Assembly: GCA_026770705.1 (NCBI GenBank)
Contig: JANJGN010000036.1
Span: 1,550,001 to 1,614,000 of the forward strand
Length of the DNA: 64,000 nucleotides
Reading direction: 5' to 3'
Source: Isurus oxyrinchus
Lineage: Eukaryota
Shown here piece after piece: positions 1 through 11,190 of this stretch. The notes below the pieces were generated by a model, which ran no database searches, was not told where the DNA came from, and was given only the letters and a program-made list of their open reading frames with translations. The position numbers and the translations under genes were made by a program. The stretch's first letter is position 1, and every line of letters begins with the position of its first letter.

Positions 1-69
1 AAATTCAGAAAGCAAAACACTGAAGCGATGAGATATATGAGAATGGAGTAAGGGGTCAGAAATTATACA

Positions 70-328
70 AAGGTACATGATCAGAGAATAGAGACTCCAT
101 GTGCCGTTAACTTCCCCCGAAAATACACTTGTTAGATGGTTATATTCTGTCACTGTGTAAACCAGTTGCAGGTGCGCCCGGTTTAGACAAGGGGTCCGCC
201 CCCGCCCCCGCCCCTCCTCCTCCCCAGCACCGTCATCTAAGCCGTGCCATAGTGCACCATGTAGCTACTTCCAAGCGAGAGAATCTGAACCGCCGGAGAC
301 CGGGACAAAACTGCCTGAGATGCAATAA
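70..328 (-). pseudogene. Truncated V-exon paralog of the 8437-8099 exon
   Basis: Clear similarity to 8390-8450; reads IASQAVLSRSPAVQIL...LQLVYTV...YSLIM. Acceptor mutated (ctcac), in-frame TAG, G-rich disruption, no F strand. Confidence 0.75.
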
Positions 329-1842
329 GTGAGAGGTACAAAAAACAAGACCCTGGGTTTTTTTATGGCAGGGATAGAGAAAATTATTTCCATGAAGAAG
401 CGGCTACAACAGTGCGGCAGAGGAAACTGCGCAGAACAACACCCACAAATAAGAATGCGCTTGTGACACAAATTATGCCTTTAATGATGTTGATCGCGGG
501 ACAAAAATGGGCCCCAGGGACACAAGGGGGCGGGGGAACTCTGCTCCCACCCGCGGCCCCCACCACTACCACCCCCCCCTCCCCCCCCACCGCCGCATAC
601 ACATATGCACTCACTGGAAAAAGCAGCGCGTTGCACGTTTTAGCTGAGGGTTTCCTGTTTACAGTTTAGGAGACCACACGCGGCTCTGCTGCAAAGGGCA
701 ACATGCTAAAGATCATGGTAAACACGCGTCACAGAAGGAGCGCAGCCCAGACTGGGTCAAACTGAGGTCAAAAGGCAGTGGTTCTAAATTCAACAACTTT
801 GCTCTTTATGATATTAGCCTGAAGGCAGGAAAAGTCTCCTAAATAGCATTGTTATTTTTAATTAATCGAGAACAGATTAATTTATTCTGGTCTCAACAGG
901 AACACAACAGATTGAAGAAACGTGGAATCAGATGCTAATATTTTAGTAACTGTTGGTGTGGCTGTGTGAGTGCGGCGACCCTCTCTGGATCCCGGTTGCG
1001 ACTGAACAGCCCCATCATTTCGTACTCTTCTGTTTGATTTTCCTTCTCTTCATGAGTCATAAAACCCATTGGAAATGCAGGTATACAAAGAGGGTTTTAG
1101 GCCTGCTGCCTCCTATAAAATATGGAACTAGATGCCAGTTTGCACTTTTCAATCCACAAATAGGAAAAATTATGAATGAAAGTGCGAACTAAACGTATAG
1201 CGTATTCTTAACACACCCAAACAAACATGTAACTTGCTTAAAATATCTGTTTCCTAACTTCAGCCATCATCCGATTGAATTCCAGATCCAACACAAGAGA
1301 GGAACTGAACGGCCTTCTCCTTCTCCAATGTGCCTGTCGGATTAGCCATTCAGGGTATTAGGAGGACTGATGTCTGATGGTCGATGAAGCACCGAGTGAT
1401 CAGCTCACAGAATGGTTCGCTGGGTGGGGTCAATGGTGAAGCGGTTGCGAACCCTCTGATTTTTATTCCTTTAAGAAACAGTTGTTTTCCTGCATGTTGG
1501 GGAGGACAGAACCTTGCCCGATATATGAACTGTGCTTAGCAAATAGACGTTTTCCACCTGCATCTTGTAATATTTGTCCCGAAATACTCTCGAAATACCT
1601 GTACATAATGTCTCTTTACTTTAGAATTAGCGATTAGGGAGTGTTTCGATCTGTTCAGGACAAGTATCACAAGGGGATCTGCGGATCAGAGTTTACTCGC
1701 CAAGAAAACTGTCCAGTAATCAGCACACGAAGGGATTCCAGGGCAACTTTTTAAATATTTACGATATTAAAGTTGTTATGGAAATGTATCACATCATCTC
1801 ACAGAAACATCATCTCAAACTTACGTTAGCGTTTGACTGATC

Positions 1843-3477
1843 GCATGGTAAAATCCGGCAAAGTCAGCTTGGTTTCATTTAGGGGAGGTCATGCCTGACA
1901 AATCTGTCAGAATTCTTTGAGCAGATATCTAGTAGGTTAGACAAACGAGAGCCAATGGATGTTATCTTCTTGTCTTCCAGAAGTCCTTTGACAAGGTGCC
2001 GCACAGGAAGCTGCTCAGTAAGATAAGAGCCCATATGATAAACACAAAAAGTGGCGGATGCTGGAAATCCAAAACAGAAACAGAATCAGAAATACCTGGA
2101 AAAACTCTGCAGGTCTGGCAGCATCGGCGGAGAAAAGAACAGTTGAAGTTTCGAGTCTTCTTGACCCTTCAACAGAGCTAAGTAACAATAGGAAAGGAAT
2201 GAATTATAAGTTGGTGTAAGGCGGAGGTGGGGGGGTGGTGGGTGGAGGGGCGGCGGTTTGTTAAGACAAGCAGTCAGTAATATGTGGAGATAACCAAAAG
2301 ATCTCACAGACAAAAGAACAAACAGGTGTTGAAGGTGGTGAGCCCATGGTGTTAGACGCAACGTAGTAGCATGGTTAGAAGATTGGTTGTCTGGCAGGAG
2401 GCAGAGAGTGGGGATAAGGGGGTCCTTTTCAGGATGGCGACCGATGACTAGTGGAGTTCCGCAGGGGTCTGTGTTGGGACCAAACATTTTCACTTTATAC
2501 ACTAATGTTCTAGATGGAGGAACTGAGGGCATCCTGGCTAAATTTGCAGATGATACAAAGGTAGGTGGAGGGACAGGTAGTATTGAGGAGGCGGGGAGGC
2601 TGCAGAAGGATTTGGACAGGTTAGGAGAATGGGCAAAGAAATGGCAGATGGAATGCAACGTGGGGAAGTGTGAGGTTATGCACTTTGGTAAGATGAATAA
2701 AGGCATGGACTATTTTATAAATGGGGAGAGCATTGAAAAATCTGGAGTGCAAAGGAACTTGGGATTCGTAATCCATGATTCTCTTAAGTTAACCTGCAGA
2801 TTGAGTCGGTAGTTAGGAAGGCAAATGCAATGTTGCTATTTATTTAGAGAGGACAAGAATATAAAAGCAGGGATGTGTTGCTTAGGCTGTATAAGGCTCT
2901 GGTCAGACCACATTTAGAACATTGTGAGCAATGTTTGGCCCCGTATCTCAGGAAGGAATTGATGGTCCTGGAGAGGGTTCAGAGGAGGTTCACGAGAATA
3001 ATCCCAGGAATGAAAGGTTTAACATATGAGGAACGTTTGAAGACCCTGGGTCTATACTTGATGGAGGTTAGAAGGATGAGGGGGGATCTGATTCAAACTT
3101 ACAGAATACTGAGAGGCCTGGATAGAGAGGACTTGGGGAAGATGCTTCCAGTAGTGGGAGAGAATAGGACCCGAGGGCACAGCCTCAGGGTAAAGGGAAG
3201 ATCTTTTAGAACAGAGATGAGGAGAAACTTCTTAAGCCAGAGAGTGGTGAATCTATGGAATTCATTGCCACAGAAGGCTGTGGAGGCCAGGTCATTGAGT
3301 GTATTTGAGACCGAGGTAGATAAATTCTTGATTGGTAAGGGGATCAAAGGTTACAGGGAGAAGGCGGGAGAATGGGGTCGAGAAACCTATCAGCCATGAT
3401 TGAATGGCCGAGCAGACTGGATGGGCTGATTGGCCTAATTTCTGCTCCTATGTCTTATGGACTTATGATCTTATGAT
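1843..3477 (+). mobile_element. 5'-truncated CR1-type LINE (RT C-terminal half and 3' tail)
   Basis: SGVPQGSVLGP, KFADDTK, LYKALVRPHLE, RRMRGDLI; (tcttatg) tail; frameshifts. Confidence 0.92.
2035..2339. mobile_element. Penelope-derived short insertion nested in the CR1
   Basis: Similar to 44450-44770; flanked by direct repeat gagcccat (2027-2034 and 2340-2347). Confidence 0.75.
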
Positions 3478-4375
3478 GTGAGGTGAGAATTTTGTTCACG
3501 CTTGTGCATTATTAACATCGCCAGCAAGCCACTTTCAGTTGCAGCTGATGAGTTGTGCTGTGAGCAGGATAGTGGGAGGTGTGTTACAAGAGCACTAATT
3601 CTACTGGTCATGAGGAGACAGCTGGGTTGTGGGACAAAAGTGCACATTCAAAGAGCTGGCTCCGGGTGAAGGGCCAAATATCCACCTTCTGTGCTTTAAA
3701 TGTCTGCGAAATAGTGAGTTAAGTCGGTAAACCCACTCAACTGTATTATCAAAGAGGTGGATGGTTTGTAATTATTCTTCTTTCACAATTAAATGTAATA
3801 TTGGTCAAACCTGGGTCACAACCAGTGTAGGCTAGGGGTCCACTAACACTGCTGCTTTCATATCAATGCAGCCTAAATCCCAATGCATTACCTGTCCGTT
3901 CTTAACTTCTATACTTTTACATTCGCTCGATAAATGACTTTGTAGTTTGGTCTCAGAGATACCCTGGGTGCATCTGGCGTGAATTATCAAAACAACTCGA
4001 ATCACAGAGCAGTCATTGATTTCCACATCTCTTTTAATATGTAGTTAACTCGAGCACAGATAAATTGTAAGAACTAATTGAACAATATATTGTTCACATA
4101 CTGCATAAAGTTGCATAATTCAATAATAAACGCTAATACCTAATAACAGAATTCTGGAGAGTGTGGCGTGAACAGCAGGCGCTATTTCATAGTTGGAAAA
4201 GCGGGCATTAACAGGTTATTCAGTTCCTGCTTTGGTGGATATCATGAAATTACATCGAAAATGCGCCTGAATTTGCACCTGTTGAAGTTTCAGACTGTCC
4301 CAAAAACACAGGACCTTCTACAACACATCATGTTTAGGAATCAGATTGTAAGCTCTCTCCCTCGTTCCTCTCCAA

Positions 4376-4420
4376 TTAGAGTGTGCGATCCTCCTTAAGC
4401 GCCAAGCGGGCATAAAATGT
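4376..4420 (-). CDS. Exon 6, terminal TFYARLALKEDRTL* with ITIM/ITSM-like tyrosine motif
   Basis: tttttctccacag| acceptor, phase 0, T-x-Y-x-x-L motif, TAA at 4378-4376. Confidence 0.78.
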   Translation of the reverse strand, partial: TFYARLALKEDRTL

Positions 4421-7400
4421 CTGTGGAGAAAAATAATTACAGAATCTATTAATATAGCAAACAACAACATCGTAGGGAAATGCATATATTTCACCGCAGT
4501 TCTACATTTCTTTAGTTCTGATGAAGAGTCATAAGGACTGCAAACGTTAACTATATTACTCACCGCAGATGCTGTCAGACCTGCTGAGGTTTTTCAGCTA
4601 TTTTTGTTTATGTTCCAGATTTCCAGCATCTATAATATTTTGCTTTATACATCATCATAGGGATAGAAGGACGCCAGCCAGCCCCTCCAATTTATTCAAT
4701 TAGATCATGGCTGGACTGTATCGTAACTCCCATCTACCCACCTTGGTTCCACAACGCTAAATCCCCTAATCCAACAGAAATCTGTCAATCCTAATTGTGT
4801 CATTCCCAGTTGAAGCCGCAGGCTCAGCAGCTTTTGAGGGGAGAGAGTTCCAGGTTTCCACTTGCCTTTGTGTGACTAGTGTTACTGACATCACCCTTGA
4901 ACAACCTGGCTCTAATTTTAAACCTGTGTGGCCTTCACGCCATCCCAGCCCAGTTTAGCCCAGCCCAGCACACCCCAATCCACCCCAAGTAGCTATCTGC
5001 CCCCACACCCAACCCCCAGCCACCCCCCACCCGCCCCCCCACGCCAACAGCAAAGCAAATAGTTTATCTCTACAGACACGGTCGTATCCTTTTATCATCT
5101 TACACCCCTCAATTAGATTAACCCTCAATCTTCCCCACGAGAAAGATTGAAGCCTAGTTTCTGCCATCCTACTGTACCCATGATGCAATGTTTTCCTGAC
5201 ACTTACAACAATAATGATGACTTTTAAACCATAGATTCAAATACAGTGAAATGCATCTACTTGAGTTGCAACACTTTCATTCTTTTACCTCTTCATTGTG
5301 TCGGTGTGCTCTTGAATCTGTCAGTTCCTGATCATTGTTCATGTTTCCTGGTAGAAAGTGAAATTTGAACTGAGCATGAGTAGTTACATTTCACACTGAA
5401 CCGGCTGAAAATGTCAATAACTGATTGATAAATGAATGTATTGAGAGCGCCGCGGAGTTACAGCGTCTCCCAACAATCATTACCTGTTTGTTGATTCCTA
5501 CATCTCTTTCTCCCGGCCACAAGTATCAGCCCCAGAAGGAGAAGTGCCGCTGAAGACAAACTCCCGAAAAGCGGAAAAATGCAGGTGGCAGGTAGCGGAG
5601 AATCTGCAAAAAAAAAAAAATCATTGAAAAGAAATCTTGTTAAATTAATTAAACAATTGAATGAAAGGACAACCCTGAATTTGTGATTTCACCTGAAAAC
5701 GGACGTATATTTTTCCATATTTCATTATCCTGAAATAAAGCAGTGATCTTATAGAGCAATGCTGATACAGGACAGAAGTGGGAAGAGAAAGAAAGAGGGA
5801 GAAGAGATAGACGGAGAAATTGGTAGCAAGAGACAACAAAGATCTTACAGAACCCTGTAAAATAGAATAGTGAGAGAGAGAGAAAGAGACGTAGATAGAG
5901 CACTGTTTATATGAGACAGAAATAGAGAGAGAGAAAAAGCAAGAGAGAGAGAGACGGAGCAACAATATTATGGAGCATTGATTCAAAAGTAGAAGCATAG
6001 AGAGGTAAGGAGGGATAAAGAGAGATAAAGGGAGATTGACAGAGAGAGATACTTAGAACACTATTTGAATAGCACAGACATTTTAAGCCGGAGAGGGATG
6101 AGCAGAGTGTGATCGAGAGAGCAGATCACTTATACAAAACTTTCAACTAGGTTAAAAAAAGAGAGAGAGATGTTGAGAGGGGGAGAGAGGTGAGATGGAA
6201 AAGGAGGGGAAAGGGCCTGAAGAGAGGGAAATTAGTGTAGAGAGGGAGAGTGGGAAGATGGGGAGAAAGGGGGAAATTAGTGTGAGAGAGTGAGAAAGGG
6301 AGGTATGGGGACAGAGGGAGAGAAGCTGGAGAAAAGGAAAATTGGGGAGAGAGAAGGAGAGGGGGAGAGGGGGAGAGAGTGACAGAGAGGGAGAGATGGT
6401 AGATAGGGGAGAAAGTGAGAGTTGGATAGATTGAGAGTTGGAGAGAGATGGGGGCGGAGAGGAGGGTGGAGAAGATAGGGAGAGATCGGACATAGGCAGA
6501 GAGGCACTGAGGGAGATTGTGAAAGGGGAGGATTGGGTGAGATGGGGAGAGAGGGGGAGAGAAAGAGGGAGATAAGGAGAGGGCGAGGCAGTGGAGAGAT
6601 GGTTGAGAAATGGAGAAATGGGTGGAGAGATGGATGGCGAGATAAATAGACGCATACACAGGGATGAAGAGAGCAAATAACGGTTTAACTGCATTGAAAA
6701 TGACAGCGAGAGAAAAACAGATAAAGGCAAATTGAGAGAGAGATTGAGAGTAATGGAGACAGAGAGAAAGAGTGATAGAGAAAAGTATGGAGACAAATCG
6801 AGAGATAGAAAGATAGATAAATGTCACAGATTTCTTTTAACGCACCATTCAACAAGGATAAAAATAAACAATATAAACAGCGAGAGAGTGAGATAGATAG
6901 AGGGATAAATCGATGTATCACTAGATAAAGACAGAGCGTGAGACAGGGAGAAATTGACAGACAAACAATTGGAGGGACTGGGAGAGACACGGAAAGAGAG
7001 CGATAGTTGTAGAGAGCGTTTCAGGGACAGAGAGAGTCAGACAAACAATGGAAACAGATATCTTACACTGCAGCAGGACACAAATGGATTGACTGATAGA
7101 GAGCGAGAGAGATGGGCAGGCAGATAAACAGACAGTGACACAGAAGGGGAAGATACCTTAAAGTTCATTGTTTAACTAAGGCAGAGTGAAATATTGTGAC
7201 GTTAAGTAGATGGATGAATAGATAATAGTGCACACACATGGTGAGACAGAATGGTGCACATCTTTCAATTTTACACATTGACAAGTCAGCCACTGGCAGG
7301 CAACTATGTCAATACGCCAAGCCAAATAAAACAACACCAGAACTAGAAGTAGGAGATAATTCGGCCCCTCAAAGTAACCCGCCATTCAATAAGACCATGG

Positions 7401-9057
7401 CTAATGGTGTAGATCAACTTTACATTCCCGCACTGTCCACGTCCCTTATTCCCTTAATGTACAAAAATCTATCTCAGTGACTGAGGACCCATAGTTCTGG
7501 CTTAGACAGAACAGATAGAGTTGAAATGTCATAAAGCAAAACTCTGAAAGATTGAGAGATCTGTGACAGGTCATTGATAAAATTTTGATCCATGAACACA
7601 CATGCAAAGATGGACAATTCTAAGTTACAAAATTGCAAAGCCTGCCAGCAGCATTAAATAGATATTTAAACTGTCACTGTTAAAAGATACCTCTCTGAGA
7701 TGAGACATTTGCACTGAGAAGATTTTCACTGGAGTTGATTTGAATGGCGCAAGTACAGAGAGCGCCGCTGCTCCAAGTTTCCGCCGAGAGGCTGATATAA
7801 CTCTTGATAGTGTATGTCCCGTCCGATTCAATTGTCCCGGAATCGGTCTGTCCCTCGGTATCCCCCGAGAAAACATTCCAGCGGACGGGAAAGGAATCGG
7901 GAGACAAGCCTCTGATGAAACACAACAACGGGACCCTTTCCAGCGAAGGGATCTCATCCTCCGGCGGGGTGAGGAGGAATATGGTCGGGGAGCCCTCTAA
8001 ATTTGGTAAATGAAACAGTTGTGCCATTAACAACTGAGACCAGAGACAGATGGTTGCTGTAGAAATGCCCAACGCGATGGAATAATGATGAAATTTACCT
8101 GTAACCACTAACTGGGAGCCATTTCCGAATATAAAAGTCTGGTTCTCGGAATTGCGGATTGCACAGTAATACATTCCAGAGTCATTTCTCCGGGTATCCG
8201 CAATGATCAGTGAATATTTACCCGCTTTTTCAGAAATCCCGCTGGAAAACCTCCCCTCTGCTGGGATGTCCTTATGCGCTGTGTAAACCAGCTTGCTGTC
8301 GCTTCGCTCCTGCTGTCTGTACCAGAAGATGAACCGAAATTTATAGCTCTCCGTGTAGCAGCTCAGTTTAGCGCGACTCCCCGCAGGGAGTGTCTGAACC
8401 GGCGGAGACTGGGACAAGACGGGCTGAGACACAATAACTGAGCAAGGGAGAAAAAATAAGCGTCACTTCAACTTACGATGCAGCCCGTCACCCCGCAACC
8501 TCAACCCCACTAGCCCGAAGCCAGCCTCCGGCGAGGACACCCTGATATGGAGGAGGAAGAATCATTTATTAAACATCATCTATATCGGAAAATGTCACAC
8601 CCGCATCGCGCACAATTAAAATCAGGCTGATTAAGTGAGTATTTGCACTGTTTTCACCCGGTTTTCCAAAGACACAGTATGAGTCCATTCACCAGTAAAT
8701 GTGTTTTAATCAGTGGGGTACGCACATGGGAGCTGTATGAAGTTATAATCTTAAAAGATCTTCTTCAAATCTAAAATTCCAAAAAAACTGTTTTCTCTCA
8801 TCCACTTTTCGCTTCTTCTTATTTTGCGTTGACTTTGTGCATTTTATTTTGTTCAAGAGATTATAACTTTCACTAATAATGTACCTGAAACGCTCTCCTT
8901 TCCTTAACCATTTTTCCCCTGATTACCGGCCTTCCTGCCAGTAGAAAGATTTTCTCCTTATTCGCTCTACACCAACCCTCCTCCACTCTATCTGAACATG
9001 TTAAGATATCTTACCCTGGAAGAGATGGGACAATGCACACACAGAGAGGAAGTTCAT
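4376..9057 (-). CDS. Intact non-rearranging VJ-C1-TM-cytoplasmic Ig superfamily receptor (antigen-receptor-like, PRARP/VJC1-type architecture), 6 exons, 303 aa
   Basis: Exons 9057-9015, 8437-8099, 7996-7691, 5603-5484, 5347-5289 and 4420-4376 all have GT/AG ends with compatible phases (1,1,1,1,0). They sum to 912 nt with no internal stop. Confidence 0.88.
4505..4648. mobile_element. Penelope-related terminal fragment with degenerate hammerhead-like core
   Basis: CTGATGAAGAGTCATAAGGACTGCAAACGTT; same family as 13670-13863, opposite orientation. Confidence 0.55.
5289..5347 (-). CDS. Exon 5, cytoplasmic GNMNNDQELTDSRAHRHNEE
   Basis: ttctaccag| acceptor, GAG|GTAAAA donor, phase 1 to 0, open frame. 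Confidence 0.75.
5484..5603 (-). CDS. Exon 4, connecting peptide with Cys, transmembrane segment and basic stop-transfer
   Basis: DSPLPATCIFPLFGSLSSAALLLLGLILVAGRKRCRNQQT; poly-T tract + gcag| acceptor, G|GTAATG donor, 120 nt. Confidence 0.88.
5760..7150. repeat. GA-rich low-complexity tract in the C1-TM intron
   Basis: Strongly purine-biased + strand; the S/L/P-rich ORFs here are artefacts. Confidence 0.9.
7691..7996 (-). CDS. Exon 3, C1-set Ig domain
   Basis: GSPTIFLLTPP...VPLLCFIRGLSP...VRW...DGTYTIKSYISL...W...LCTC; C1-set motifs; ttag| acceptor and G|GTATCT donor, 306 nt. Confidence 0.92.
8099..8437 (-). CDS. Exon 2, germline-joined VJ-type Ig V domain
   Basis: SQPVLSQSPP...KLSC...IFWYRQ...GRFS...YSLII...NDSGMYYC...FIFGNGSQLVVT. 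Canonical Cys/Trp/Cys plus J-like FGxG in one exon; no RSS; acceptor ctcag|, donor G|GTAAAT. Confidence 0.93.
9015..9057 (-). CDS. Exon 1, leader peptide MNFLSVCALSHLFQ
   Basis: ATG at 9057, hydrophobic stretch, phase-1 donor CAG G|GTAAGA; joins in frame to give ...LFQVIVSQPVLSQSP. Confidence 0.85.
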
Positions 9058-9230
9058 TGTCCGTGACTTCTGATGGTCAGAATCTGAACCCCGATCCGAA
9101 ACTCTCTGAGAACTCGCCCTCTGTCTCTCGGTGTGAAGGGGGTGTGTAATGTGCAGACTGAATAGTGTTCTGTGTTTATTAATAGATACACGAAAGGGGT
9201 TGGTAATTGGTGCCGAGGTAGACAACTCTC

Positions 9231-9282
9231 TGTGGTTTTCCTGTTTAGCGCAGGTCAAAGTGCTGTCACGTACTCACCACCT
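9231..9282. promoter_or_regulatory. Candidate promoter: adjacent RUNX (TGTGGTT) and ETS (TTCCTGT) sites plus E-box
   Basis: About 180 bp upstream of ATG 9057; tttcctgttta also occurs at 651-661 upstream of the V pseudogene. Motif match only. Confidence 0.4.
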
Positions 9283-9419
9283 GTTTTCCAAAGTACACCA
9301 GTTATGTACTCACATCAGTTAGATAACACTTGTTCTGCATGTTCTAGAAATATGATCTATATTCAGATACAGTTAATGTTTCACAGTGATGATATCTGAT
9401 CTGAGAGCTTATATATATT

Positions 9420-11190
9420 AGGAACGAATGAACCGACTGGGGCTCCTGTCTCCAAACGGTGTTGTGGGGGCTGGTGTGGAGAGATTGAGGGGTGACCTGA
9501 CCGAGGTATTTAAAATTACGAAATGGTTTATTTAGGCCGACGTAGGTAAGATAGCTCTAATTCTGCAGATTTCAAAAATATTGGTCATCAATCAATCCGA
9601 CCGGAGAATTCAAGAATTCTCATTGAGGTTTCGAGGAATGAAAGGTGATCTTATTGAAATATGTACGTTCCTGAGGGGCATAGATAAAAGGGCTACCAGG
9701 AGGATGTTTCCTGTTGTCTCCAAAACTTGGGATATAGTTAAAAATAGAGGTCTCCATTTAAAGCAGAAATTACGAGATTTATTTTCACCAAGTGGGTTGT
9801 TGGTCTGTGCAATAGTCTTCCCCAGAAAGTAGTCGCGATTGGGTCTTTGAATTTATTCAAGGCCCCGTGTTAGACAGATTTTTGTTAGGTCAGGGATTGA
9901 AGACCTATGGGCGGCAAACAGGAAAGTGTAGTTGAGACCACAACCAGGTCAGCCATTATTTTATTGAATGGTGAAGCAGGCTCGAAGGGCCCAGTGGCCT
10001 CATTCTGCTCCTCTGTTGCTTTCGTCCTCTGTAACAAGAGGTCGTTAATATGAGATAAACCGAGTCCGGAATTCAGGGGAAACCGCTCTACGCAGACCGT
10101 GGGTAGAACGTGGAACCCGTTTGCACAGGGGTTGGTCCAGGTTATTTTAGTGTTACAGTTAAGTGGCAAGCTGGATAAACAAACGCGGGGGAAATGAATA
10201 AAGGAAATGTTGTTGGGCTGAGATGAAGAGGAGGTGTGAGGAGGCTCATGCGGAGCACGAGAAATTGGGTCATATTGCCAGTTTCTGTGATGTAAATTCT
10301 ATCTAACTCTGTAAACTGCAAAATCAAGAGAGCTTAACAACAACTTCAAAGTAATAACTGTGCAGATAATTTTCCATTGAACTGCTGTAAATGCGCTTGG
10401 AGGGCAATGCAAAGTGAAACTTGTAATATTATTTGAAACTCGCTTCAACGGGACCTATCTATCAAATCATTGGTAATTAGAATACAAAATGAACTCAGAG
10501 CACTGAAATCATGATAATCCCCAATGGCGCTTTATATAATAGAACAAAGCAGTCCGCAAACCTATTCAATGTGACTTAACTGACAGGAAGACAGTCCACG
10601 GACATTTTAAGGAACAGAACTGAATTGAAAGAGATTCGTTCATTTAGATTCTCAATAAGTACAGTAAATGACCGTGTTTGATGCATTAGAATTCCAATCT
10701 ATATCTCTGCATAATTTGTGCATGTTGAATAAGATAATAGCAATTAAAATTAAAATCAATCCACATACATTTCATCCAATATTCATCCAGTCTCTGTGTT
10801 GACCAGAATGTCTCACGATTCTTGTAAACCTGTTTATAGAATAGATACTATTGATTATTATCACACGACACTCCGAATTCCTGGCGTTTACTTTCCAAAC
10901 CTGCGACCTCTGCAAACTTGAAGTGCAAGTGCAGCAGTTACATGGGAACACCACCCACTGCAAATTACTCTCCATGTCAATCATCACCTTGACTTGGAAA
11001 TATATCACAGGTCCTTCAGTATCACTGATTCAAAATCCTGGAACTTCCTCACTGAAAGCACGGTTGGTGTACCTACACCACAGGGACTCCAATGGTTCAG
11101 GAAGGCAGTTCACCACCATCTTCTCAAGTGACAATCGGTGATCGCTAATGCATTCTGGCCTTTCCAGCGACTCTGACATCTCGAGAATGA
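9420..11190 (+). mobile_element. Decayed LINE 3' fragments between the divergent genes
   Basis: RLRGDL / RGMKGDLIE motifs and CR1-like 3' UTR pieces. Confidence 0.65.

Noticed and set aside
7680-8432. 250-aa ORF as a single-exon or rearranged TCR/IgL chain
   Set aside because: Canonical splice sites define a 102-nt intron, and separate leader, TM and tail exons exist; there is no RSS and no charged TM residue.
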